DNA from: Eledone cirrhosa
Lineage: Eukaryota
Direction: 5' to 3'
Length of the DNA stretch: 64,000 bases
Assembly: GCA_964016885.1 (NCBI GenBank)
Contig: OZ024754.1
Location: forward strand, 40,982,001 to 41,046,000
Position numbers and translations under genes: made by a program. How positions within the stretch are numbered: position 1 is the first letter of the stretch; each line of letters begins with the position of its first letter. Below the pieces are notes generated by a model that had not been told where the DNA came from, made no database searches, and saw only the letters and a list, made by a program, of their open reading frames with translations. Positions 1-34,446 of this stretch are shown here, one piece after another.

Positions 1-26
1 TAGTGTTGGCGAATTTCAGGAAGCAT

Positions 27-760
27 GGAGGTTTTAAAGGATGCAGTGTCTCGACAGCTAACAACTGATGCAGGTAGTTTGTTCCATGGAGGTTTTAAAG
101 GATGCAGTGTCTCGACAGCTAACAACTGATGCAGGTAGTTTGTTCCATGGAGGTTTTAAAGGATGCAGTGTCTCGACAGCTAACAACTGATGCAGGTAGT
201 TTGTTCCATGGAGGTTTTAAAGGATGCAGTGTCTCGACAGCTAACAACTGATGCAGGTAGTTTGTTCCATGGAGGTTTTAAAGGATGCAGTGTCTCGACA
301 GCTAACAACTGATGCAGGTAGTTTGTTCCATGGAGGTTTTAAAGGATGCAGTGTCTCGACAGCTAACAACTGATGCAGGTAGTTTGTTCAATGGAGGTTT
401 TAAAGGATGCAGTGTCTCGACAGCTAACAACTGATGCAGGTAGTTTGTTCCATGGAGGTTTTAAAGGATGCAGTGTCTCGACAGCTAACAACTGATGCAG
501 GTAGTTTGTTCCATGGAGGTTTTAAAGGATGCAGTGTCTCGACAGCTAACAACTGATGCAGGTAGTTTGTTCAATGGAGGTTTTAAAGGATGCAGTGTCT
601 CGACAGCTAACAACTGATGCAGGTAGTTTGTTCCATGGAGGTTTTAAAGGATGCAGTGTCTCGACAGCTAACAACTGATGCAGGTAGTTTGTTCCATGGA
701 GGTTTTAAAGGATGCAGTGTCTCGACTGCTAACAACTGATGCAGGTAGTTTGTTCCATGC
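27..760. repeat. 61-bp tandem array (about 12 copies) derived from a CR1-like LINE 3' end
   Basis: Unit atggaggttttaaaggatgcagtgtctcgacagctaacaactgatgcaggtagtttgttcc. The same sequence occurs once at about 29780 and twice at about 56945. Confidence 0.92.
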
Positions 761-826
761 TTCAGCAACTCTGAGCGTGAAAAAATGTTTCTGAAAGTCA
801 TTTCCTTTTTGTCATTCAATTTGCAG

Positions 827-2013
827 CAGATCAAACAATTATCATGAATTTACCAACTAAAAAGAAATCGTTCATCTGGTTTTACATTGTTGGAGCAATT
901 TTTCTTCTTCTGTTAGTGTTGGCTTTTCTGCTGATCTTAAAATGTAAGTAAAACATTTCTTATAGGATTATTTTGGGCACAGAATCATCATCATCATCAT
1001 CATGATCATCACCACCACCACCAATACCATCACCACTACCACCATCAATACCATCACCACTACCACCATCAATACCATCATCATCACTACCATCATCATC
1101 ACTACCACTACCACCACCACCACTACCATTATCATCATCACCACCATCACCATCACCACCACCACCATCATTATTATCACCACCACTATCATCACCACTA
1201 CCATCATCACCCCCTACCATCACCACCACTACCATCACCACCACCATCATCACCCCCTACCATCACCATCACCACCATCATCATCATTACCACTACTACC
1301 ACTACCATCATCACTACCATTATCATCATTATCACTACCACCACCATCACTATTATTATCACCATCACTATTATCATCATCACCCCCACCATCATCATCA
1401 TCACCACCACCATCATCATCATCATCATCATCATTTAATGTCCACTTTCCCAACACATGATCCAGCCATCTCATTCTATTTCTCTTCCCACTACTCATCA
1501 CTAGCTCTATTCTCATCACTCATTCACTTCCATCTTTCCTCAACAGATCAGTCAAATACACTCAGCATAAAACAGTCATCACCTAAAAACAACAAAAAAC
1601 AAATGTGCAACTTTACTAATATGGGAAGGAAAAAACCCCCCAAAAAACACATATCAAACCTATACGAGCGAGACACGGTCACCCGACCAATCTTGCCTCA
1701 AGTGGGACAATTCCCGTCTAACCCATGCTAGCGTGGAAGATAGACATTAAGCGATGATGATGATGGTGATGATGAAACATTTGAACTAACAAACCTGAAT
1801 TCTTACCAAAGTTTCATTCTAGACTTAGAAAAATTTCTTATTTTAATTCCAGGGTATGTTTCTACTAAAAGACCTAATATGAACTCAGTTGTCAGAAGTA
1901 ACTCTGGTTTATATCCACTCCAAAAACATGAAGAATCTGAATGTGAAGACAATAAAGACAACAACATGAGTGTTTTAATGGAGGCAATAAATTACACCAA
2001 TGACAGGCGATGA
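827..2013 (+). CDS. Last two coding exons of an unidentified single-pass (type I-like) membrane protein; 5' part lies outside the window
   Basis: Exon 827-943 (ttgcag|...T|gtaagt, phase 1-1; NAGNAG alternative acceptor at 830) encodes DQTIIMNLPTKKKSFIWFYIVGAIFLLLLVLAFLLILK, a hydrophobic TM helix. Exon 1853-2013 (ttccag|GG) continues in frame as WYVSTKRPNMNSVVRSNSGLYPLQKHEESECEDNKDNNMSVLMEAINYTNDRR-stop. Confidence 0.7.
984..1433. repeat. (CAT/CAC/TAC)n trinucleotide low-complexity tract
   Basis: Direct inspection. Similar intronic tracts occur at 21400-21835, 23310-23925 and 45795-46020. Confidence 0.9.
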
Positions 2014-2107
2014 AACAAATTTGAATTTGTCTGCAACAATAATCTACCTCAGGGAGGCTGTACACACAGCCACATTTTATATAAACATATGCAAAGCAGA
2101 TATATAC

Positions 2108-2139
<32 letters not shown>

Positions 2140-2371
2140 TAGGTTGTTTGTGTGTGAGTATTATATTCACATACTGATGGATGAAGAAATGCCAGGAAAT
2201 CCCAGTAAAAGGAAGCTGCAATAGAGGACGACCTGAGCAGAGATTGTGAGAGCTGAATGCAAATCACTAAGACTGGAAAAGATTATGAAGGAATGCAATG
2301 AGTGGCGAGATGTCATGCTGAGAAGAACCAGTCCAATGCTTGCAAGCATGGAAAAATGGACATAAAAACGA

Positions 2372-2417
<46 letters not shown>

Positions 2418-2437
2418 AAAAGTGGACATAAAAACGA

Positions 2438-2484
<47 letters not shown>

Positions 2485-2731
2485 TGTGTGTGTGTGAAGG
2501 CGCATGGTTGAGTGGTTAGAGAATTGGATTTGCGATCGTGAGGTTGTGAGTTCGATTCCCAGACTGGACGATGCTGTCCTTGAGCAAGACACTTTATTTC
2601 ACGTTGCTCCTTCTACCTGGAGTTGTGACCAATAGATAGTATTAGCAATTGAAAAGACCAACGGAAACATTGTTTCCTCGGTCCGATTTGACGAAAGTCA
2701 TTCGACTGTAGATATATAGATATAGTTCCAC

Positions 2732-2819
2732 AACAGTTAGTTCACCATATCGTCTTTAGACTGAGCTGAGGATCCGAATAAGGTGAAACATTTGTTTTCG
2801 GTATGGTGAACTAACTGTT
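2732..2819 (+). ncRNA. Minimal type I hammerhead-ribozyme motif (Penelope pLTR type)
   Basis: CTGAGGA (2766-2772), short stem II cc-gaataa-gg, tGAAAC-attt-GTT, enclosed by the long stem aacagttagttcaccat/atggtgaactaactgtt. Confidence 0.6.
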
Positions 2820-2934
2820 ATGATACTACTTCTACCAAACTCATCCCATGGACTGAGTGCTCTACTACTATATATATTAATAGTGAAAGAGTGAAGAATA
2901 ACATGGTCAACAGTACAAACAGGGTTTTATTTAC

Positions 2935-3048
2935 AGTATTAACAATTGTTTCATTGATTAGGGTGTCTAAAGATTGCTAATCACTTGAAGTTGTGTCACT
3001 CAATTTTAAATACAATGTATGCTTAATCAAATCATCATCAGAATAACT
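2935..3048 (-). ncRNA. Type I hammerhead-ribozyme motif with extended stem II
   Basis: Minus strand: agttatt-CTGATGA-tgat-ttgatta...taatcaa-tGAAAC-AATT-GTT-aatact. The stem III loop is palindromic. Confidence 0.55.
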
Positions 3049-3377
3049 ATCCACAATACGGAGTACTCACAACCTCTAACTGGATTACCTATAACGATAA
3101 TTTGTTATCCTATATATATTAATATATAGGTATAGAGGGGGCAACATAATTACATCTGTAGCCGGTATACAGGGTGAGCACTCGATGGTCTTGCAGAGCA
3201 GAGTATTAACGATCTAAGAATGAAACAAGCTTGCATATTGAAGCATATCTGAGGATCTTTTGATTCTAAAGTCAGGTTCGATCATTAATAGATTGTTCCT
3301 CGAGCTGACCGACAGTGAAACATATGTAATATGTTATTAAATGTTATGATGCAACACTGATTCTTTGTTCCTTTATT

Positions 3378-3422
<45 letters not shown>

Positions 3423-3510
3423 TCAATTACCAACCTCAATTTTCTTTCTATATATATATATATAGTAATACTAAATGTGAAGACTAAAATCCAAAGAGGG
3501 CTCGATAAGG

Positions 3511-3544
<34 letters not shown>

Positions 3545-4101
3545 GGTGAAAGCAGCGATTCTTTGCTTAAACATTAATCTGTTCTTATAATATATATATA
3601 TATATTATATATATATATATGGAGGCACATGGCTTAGTGGTTTTCCTACATGGATATAAAGTAGTGGCCGTACTCGAAAACGAGTTGGCAGCCACCATAT
3701 ATATATATTTATTAAAATAACAGATTAAAGTTTAAGCAAAGAATCGCTGCTTTGACCCTTAACGGAATCTTCTGATACTAAAAAAAATCAATCTGTCAGA
3801 TTCTGTTACGGGTGAAAGCAGCAATTCTTTGCTTAAACTTTAATCTGTTATTTTGATAAATATTTGCTCTAGTGTTCTTATATATTTGATATATATTTAT
3901 CCTTATCGAGCCCTCTTTGGATTTTGGTCTTCACATTTATTATTATTACTATATATATATACATATTTAATATAGAAAAGCTTCTACAGGACTAGAACTG
4001 TTTGTATATTTATCCATCATTCACTGAAAGGGAGATAACTGAAGGAGGGTGATAAAACTACAGAAAACCGCGACCAGCATTCTAAGATTAGTTACACCTG
4101 T

Positions 4102-4895
4102 CATTATCATCATCATTTTACGTCCGCTTTTCCCTGCTTGCAAGGGTGGGACAGATTTTATTCAGCACAGCATCTCTCCACTTGTCACGGTCCTTCGTCA
4201 TCTCCACCGTGAGCTTCAGCGATCTGAGGTCTGTTCTCACCACCTCCACCCTTGTTTTTCGTGGTCTACCTCTACATCTTCCTTCAACTAGCATTTCCTG
4301 GCACTTCTTCACTCATCGGACATCCTCCATGCGCATCACATGTCCATACCACCGCAGTTTCCTCTCTCGCACACTACATTCTATCCTTCTCAGACAGTTT
4401 CTCTCGCAACACATCCATGCTGGGTCGTTCACGCACATTGACATTGCACAACCATTGGAGCATGCTTGCCTTATTTCACTCCAGCCGTCGCTGCCCATGT
4501 TTCACTACCATGCAGCATCGCGCATGGAGAAACCCTTCGTCAGCAGAGGAAGCAGCTCCCTAAACTTCTTCCAACCCGTCCTTATTCTAGATATTATGGC
4601 CTCGGAACCCCCCCTCCCCTCCCATGCTAATCTGATCACCTAGGTACCGCAAGCAATCCACCACTTCTATAGCACCCGCCGGCATTTGAAAAATGTGATT
4701 TCTACTGTCAAATTTCCCTGTACATCTACTGCATACGTATTTCTCCCTACATGTTAGTTTGCCTGCTTTCCCCCACTACATCTCGTGTACCTAGGATCTG
4801 CATTGTGTGCATTTTATAGAATTTATGCCAGTTCCTCTTCTGCATATCGAACATGGCCATTTCATTGACGGAATCAGAGTTTTGTCCTCTTTACT
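4102..4895 (-). mobile_element. RTE-clade LINE 3' fragment (degraded, internally deleted)
   Basis: Remnant translations [30 protein letters not shown] and GRPRKT...DRDKWRD, with an (ATG)n tail. Confidence 0.85.
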
Positions 4896-5316
4896 GTGTG
4901 TAAATGTAACAAATTGGCTACACACATTGATTCTTATTGTGTTTGTGTGAATATATTTATACTTGTGCGAGTCTGTGTGTGTTTATATCTATATACTCAT
5001 ACACGCCAACATTTTATCTTGGTTAGCTATGTTAATTTGTTCACAAGAGTTTGTAATAAAATAATTATTTAACCCTTTAGTATTTACTTTAATTTACAGT
5101 ATATATACTATTATATTTTTGTGGTAAAAGCTTTATCTCACATAATATTGAATCCATGCTATTTTGAGAACAGTACCTTAACATCAGTATGAGTAGCCAG
5201 TTACAGCCAGTTTGAACAGAAAGAAGCGAGAGAATTCTGGCTGGATACGGCCAGTTTAAATGTTAAAGGGTTAACTAAAAGCTTGGCTTTGTACCCTTTT
5301 TATATATAAAATACAA

Positions 5317-29142
<23,826 letters not shown>

Positions 29143-29388
29143 TGTCTGCAAACAACAACAACAATTCTAATAATTGTTTCTTACATAGGCACAAGACCAG
29201 AAATTTGGGGTTAGGGGTTTGTCAATATTTTTTTCAACAGCCTGTAATGAGTGAGCAGAAAATATCTAAAAATAGATTTGTTAAATCAATTCTATGAATG
29301 GAAACTCAGCTACAATGCAGCACAAACAGCTGATAAACCTCAATGAAGTTTGGGACCAAGGAAGTGTTAATACATCTACAGTGTAACT

Positions 29389-29860
29389 AATAATAATAAT
29401 AATAATGAAATTATTGTGTACAGTGCTCAGGTGCACTACAACTCATCAAAGGTGCATGTATAGTACATAGAATAATTGTTTCTACTTTTGGCACAAGGCC
29501 AGCAATTACCTAGTGCCTTACTGATACTTTATTTTATCAACCCCGTAAGGATGAAAGGCAAAGTTAACCTCGGCGGGATTTGAACTCAGATTGGAAAGGG
29601 CCGTAACTATGCGTCAAAGCACGGCATCTGACCCTCTACCGATACTGCCAATCCACCACCCATAGTACATAGAATAATGTTCAAATGTCAGGAAAATGAA
29701 CAGTGTATGAATCATGAAATACATGTGTGTGTGTGTATGGAGGGGGAATATCAGGTGTAGTGTTTGGGGATTTCAGGAAGCATGGAGGTTTTAAAGGATG
29801 CAGTGTCTCGACAGCTAACAACTGATGCAGGTAGTTTGTTCCATGCTTCAGCAACTCTGG
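29389..29860 (-). mobile_element. CR1/L2-like LINE 3' fragment with a (TAT)n tail, interrupted by a SINE
   Basis: The minus strand encodes [27 protein letters not shown], a CR1 ORF2 C-terminal WNxLP motif. Sister copies are at 56745-57085 and 1-800. Confidence 0.75.
29477..29661 (-). mobile_element. tRNA-derived SINE (family with the cctttcatccttacggggtcgataaaataaagtaccag core) with a 17-bp TSD
   Basis: A/B-box head ggcagtatcggtagag...gagttcaaatcccgcc, flanked by atagtacatagaataat duplicates. Many more copies, e.g. about 16030-16245, 42915-43105, 49932-50125, 54250-54530, 60291-60480, 62189-62365. Confidence 0.88.
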
Positions 29861-29861
29861 T

Positions 29862-30040
29862 GAATTCACTCTTGAAGATAAGGAAGGTTGCAGACATCCT
29901 TCTGCCAATGAATTGAAGGTTTTTGGTGGAAGCAAATCCTTACACGACTGTTCAAGAGCTTGCAGGAGAGGTGGATGTAAGTATTGGAACAATTTTTGAA
30001 TATTTGAACCAATTTGAAAAATATGAGCCACCTCAATTAA
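29862..30040 (+). mobile_element. Mariner transposase HTH remnant
   Basis: FTLEDKEG.RHPSA...LVEANPYTTVQELAGEVDVSIGTI, frameshifted. Confidence 0.7.
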
Positions 30041-30049
30041 ATGAAAACC

Positions 30050-30375
30050 AAAAAAACTACCATTATCACATGCAGGACAGATCTGGCTATTAACTGGGTC
30101 CATTGTGAAGATTGTTTTGTTTTCCCTTGGCCAGGAAAGGCAGTTAGTTGTACCCTATTTGGTGAATCTAGTTTACAATATAGTGTGGTAGATATAACTG
30201 AAAATATGAAAGGAAGATATTTTCCTCTTCAATCAAGAATCCCAATGAACCTTTTAAAATTCCACTTGGAGAGGAAGATGAGGGTAGTGAATGGTGCTTC
30301 CTATCAGTAAATTTGCAGAAAGGTGGATGAGTTGGTAAGCATAAACTGAGTGAATATGTCTACTCTCAGAATGGA
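30050..30375 (+). mobile_element. Possible Tx1/L1-like LINE C-terminal remnant
   Basis: LLKFHLERKMRV...SKFAERW resembles the ends of Tx1-type ORF2 (recalled similarity only). Confidence 0.35.
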
Positions 30376-30377
30376 AC

Positions 30378-30768
30378 TGTGGGCCAAAGAATGACAACTG
30401 TGAGAGGGTACTGGTCTTTACATGGGCCTGTGCACCAGAGAATGACTGTGAGTGGGTACTGGTCCTTGCATAGACATGTGGGTCAAAGAATGACAGCTGT
30501 GAGAGGGTACTGGTCCTTGCATAGATCTGTGGGCCAGAGAATGACAACTGTGAGAGGAACACTGGTCCTTGCATAGATCTGTGGGCCAAAGATTGACAGC
30601 TGTGAGAGGAACACTGGTCCTTGCATGGGTCTGTGGCCCAAAGATTGACAGCTGTGAGAGGGTACTGGTCCTTGCATGGGTCTGTGGGCCAGAGAATGAC
30701 AACTGTGAAAGGGTACTGGTCTTTACATGGGTCTGATAACTATGAGAGGGTACTGGTCCTTGTATAGT
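30378..30768. repeat. About 44-bp minisatellite
   Basis: tgtgggccagagaatgacaactgtgagagggtactggtccttgca variants, about 9 copies. Confidence 0.85.
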
Positions 30769-31562
30769 CAAGTTAATACTGAATCTGTGTGTTCTTTGAT
30801 TGGTCTTAGGTGGCAGTAGTCTAAAGACATTCTAGAATTTTGTACTGTATATATATATATATATAGATATATATATAGATATATATATAGATATGGCCAC
30901 TTTCTCCCCCTCCCCCCACACACACTGCACCCCACATTCACTTTCAATAAACCTCCCCTCAATACGTTTTGTAACTTGCCCAAGTAATGTAATCTCCCTT
31001 ATCTGTTACCTTAGGCAGAATCATAACTTGCAGTATTTCTTCTGGCCATTTACGTTCTGAGTTCAAATATCACCACAGTCAACTTCACCTTTCATCCTTA
31101 CGCGTGTCGAAAGAATAAAAATACCAGCCATACACTGGGTCGAATTAATTGACCTTGTGCCTATGTTAATAACAATTAGTATTTTTACCATTAAAAAATC
31201 ATTATCAATAAAAAAAAAACAATAGAAATTATTCAGTCACGCACCGGGGAGATCGATTAAATCGGCTTTCCCCGCCTCCATACAAAAGTTGCTGACCATG
31301 TGCCTAAATCAGAAACCATTATTATTATCATTAGAAGGTGATGAAATAACTGAAACGGCAGAATACCACGGTAGACACTGCGGTATTTAGTTGCGTCCCT
31401 TTATGGTCAGAGTTCAAATTAAAATTGGATACGGTAGTCTCGTGTGATCCTAAAAAACAAATTTAGTATGCAGACTCAAACCCCATCCCGGTGGAGGGAT
31501 GGGAGTATTTTCCCTCTTATGTATACACAAGGGCTGATTTTACTTTTTAACTTTCGTGTACG

Positions 31563-31593
<31 letters not shown>

Positions 31594-31599
31594 ATAAAT

Positions 31600-31850
31600 A
31601 AAGAACTAGACAAAACTAAGTTCGATTTGACCGACAGTCGCCGCCGTCTCTCCTTGTGATGTTAAATTCCCTTCATGTTATTGTTACAACTATTTATTGA
31701 ACGGAATCAGTCTCAAGTAAAAAGGTGTGTTTATTTATTATCACAGAACTCGGCTTCCGTTACTTAACATTTCAATCTCTTTGATTATTCCTGAAGACCA
31801 GACAAACTGCGGGAAAAAAGGATAGGGCGGTGCGTCAGGACGTGTTATAT
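31600..31850 (-). promoter_or_regulatory. Putative BDP1 promoter / 5' UTR exon
   Basis: The BDP1 ATG exon has an acceptor at 29146. This is the nearest upstream CpG-retaining, non-repetitive stretch. Confidence 0.25.
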
Positions 31851-31854
31851 ACGA

Positions 31855-31883
<29 letters not shown>

Positions 31884-31887
<4 letters not shown>

Positions 31888-31945
31888 AAAAGAGTCAGGA
31901 CCCTGACGGCTGAGCTCAGCTGTCGGGGTCCTGACTCTTTTCCTA
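31884..31945. repeat. 62-bp near-perfect palindrome
   Basis: taggaaaagagtcaggaccctgacggctgag|ctcagctgtcggggtcctgactcttttccta; two mismatches, both G-T. Confidence 0.93.
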
Positions 31946-34254
31946 CTACCCTAAGTATTGAGTACTCTGGTGCGTTCTGGTCGATCTGGTTCCTTACCAC
32001 ACCCCGTTTGTTATATATATATGTGTGTGTGTGTGTGTGGATATTCTTCACAATAGATTGAGAAATAAAATTAAAATATTTCGTCCGTTTCATATATATA
32101 TATATATATTATGTGTGCGTGTGGATTCCCGGTGTATATCGAGAGGTGACCACAGTTAAAAAAGGGTCCTCTAAAAGTTAATAGAGTACAGGCATATTTA
32201 TTTATTTTATTATAAAAATGACTTCTACAGGACTAGAACTGTTTCATTCGTAGGAAATCATCATATATACAGCCGTGGGTGAAAAGAAAGAAAAGAACAA
32301 TCAACAATGTAGAGGTTAAGTATTTATATTAATAGTGTGACTTAACTCCGTACTAGCAGAGGTTTCAAGACGAGAACATGTCTAAATGACTAGGTGCACA
32401 CTGGGGTGTCAATGTTTCCTTTCCTACTTTAGACATAAACAATCATTCGGTTCTGTGACGACAAATAAACTGTCAGACTAGTAATTAGAGTATCTACAAC
32501 GGAGACATTCAGTCACAGATGCCACGTTGATGTCAAGTTAGTGTGAATAGTTTAAGAGTCGGAAGAAATATATTAGTGACGACAGCGACTAATTAATGGG
32601 AGAATATTAAAACAACTACTTGAATAAAATAAAATAAAAACAATGCCCAATTATTTAGCAGTAAAACATTGGTGACAAACAATTTGGTACGATAAATTCA
32701 CGAATGAAAATAGCCATTTAGAAAACAGCTGTAAAACTTTTTAAATAATTAGCTACAAAAAATAAACAATTATAAAGATATCGATTTTTTTTAAAGGCTC
32801 TATATTTTAAGGAATAATAGAGGGATGCCTCAGGTTCTTGTTTTATAACTATTTGGTATCCAGAGAAGGAAATCTGTGAGGCTAATTTATATTAAGAATT
32901 TGAAGTGTACGCACATGACTCGGTAAAGCACGAATATTCCTTATGGGTTTAACTTGCCAAATTGTAAGGCGCCTTACCATGCCTAATATTTAAAAGGAAT
33001 GCCCGTCAGCTAGAAATAAACTATTCTATAGAAACGGCGTGAACATATGACTTCTACAACAACAGTATTCTATCTTAATAATACACAATGTTTGCAATAA
33101 ATAATTTGAGTTAAAATATTTAAGAACAAGAAATGTAAATATATAAATAAAGGTTTAAAGAGTCTTTAAAGAAAAAAAAAAAAAAAACCACATATATACA
33201 ATGACACATGCACGTATTATAGAATTAAATGAAATACAAAGAATCGTTGAAAATTGATGGATGGAGAAGAATACCTTGAATTATTGTATTAATTGGTAAA
33301 ATAAAGTAAAAATAAAGTCAATATTCCTTAGATGCGTATTCCGTTTGTGGTCAAGGCAGATTTTTAATCACATCTTGCGCTGCCATTTTGATTAATGAAA
33401 GCGCACACATCTTGATTAATAAAATATACGGTGTTAGAAGAAATTAAGTCCCCAATGAAATTGTGAAATGTCAGAACTATAGAATAAACAGTAAAGTAAC
33501 GGATACTCGACGATTCGAGTTCAAATCTCGTCGTGGTCAACGTTGATTTTCATATTTCTGGGGGTCAATAAATTAAGGTCCAATCAAGTATTGGAGTCTA
33601 TATAATTTGATCTTCTTGTAAAACCTGTGAGTACGTGCAGCATGGCCGAATGGTTAAGAAGTTTGCAATCTTTAGGTCCCTTGTTCGATCCCTCTACATG
33701 ACATCTTGAGTGAATGTCATTTACCATAATCTTAAGTCGAACAATATCTTGTAAATGAAAATTGGTAGACGGAAACTGTTTGGAAGCCCGTCGGATAGAC
33801 TGCACTTGTAATTCAAAATGTTATCTTTTGTTACACAGTGTCACGCCGAATCTCCCTGAGTATTATGTTGTGGGTACACGTGTCTGTGGAATGCTAAGTC
33901 ACTTACATGTAAATTTCATGGGCAGGCCGCTGATCGCACCAACTGGAACACTCATTGTCGACAGTGACTGAGATCCATTTCATTCCATTCCAGAAATTGT
34001 AAAATAACAAACAAAATACTTTGTATCATAAACTTTACCGGAGTCAAATTCATCTTTTTATTTTCCAATGTTCAATTAAATAAGTGGCCAATATATGTGC
34101 GTGTGTGTGTGTGTTTATGTGTATGTATATATGATATTTATCTGTCTATATGGCACACTATAGAATTCCTACTTAGTCTTTTTCTGTATATTGAACAAAG
34201 CCATTGACCTGATGGCAACAAAGTCTTACTAAGACTTTAGTAATTGCTAAGTTT

Positions 34255-34446
34255 ACGCTGAGTCATAATAAACAAAAGGTGATTGATGACTGAACCCTGA
34301 TGCACACATACCTGCACATTGAAGTCCTTACCAAACATGGTTTGCACTGCTCTCACAAGCCATTCATTAATGCATAGTTTTCATAAAGCCTACCAGACTA
34401 AAGCCCTTGATACCCTGTCAAAGGCCTTCTCCAAATCTATGAATGT
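34255..34446 (-). mobile_element. RTE reverse-transcriptase fragment
   Basis: FIDLEKAFDRV.R...VHQGSV with in-frame stops. Confidence 0.7.

Noticed and set aside
27-760. CRISPR-like appearance of regular repeats (also 38610-39148 and 46668-47243)
   Set aside because: The units are head-to-tail with no unique spacers, there are no cas genes, and the context is eukaryotic.
960-1519. Poly-His/Thr/Gly/Val ORFs (also 21331-21873, 23291-23935, 45771-46382)
   Set aside because: Intronic trinucleotide and dinucleotide low-complexity tracts without compatible splice sites.
1807-1936. Apparent minus-strand exon (SCFWSGYKPELLLTTEF...) as a BDP1 continuation
   Set aside because: BDP1 reaches a stop at 5317, the phase is incompatible, and the + strand exon here fits the upstream TM exon.
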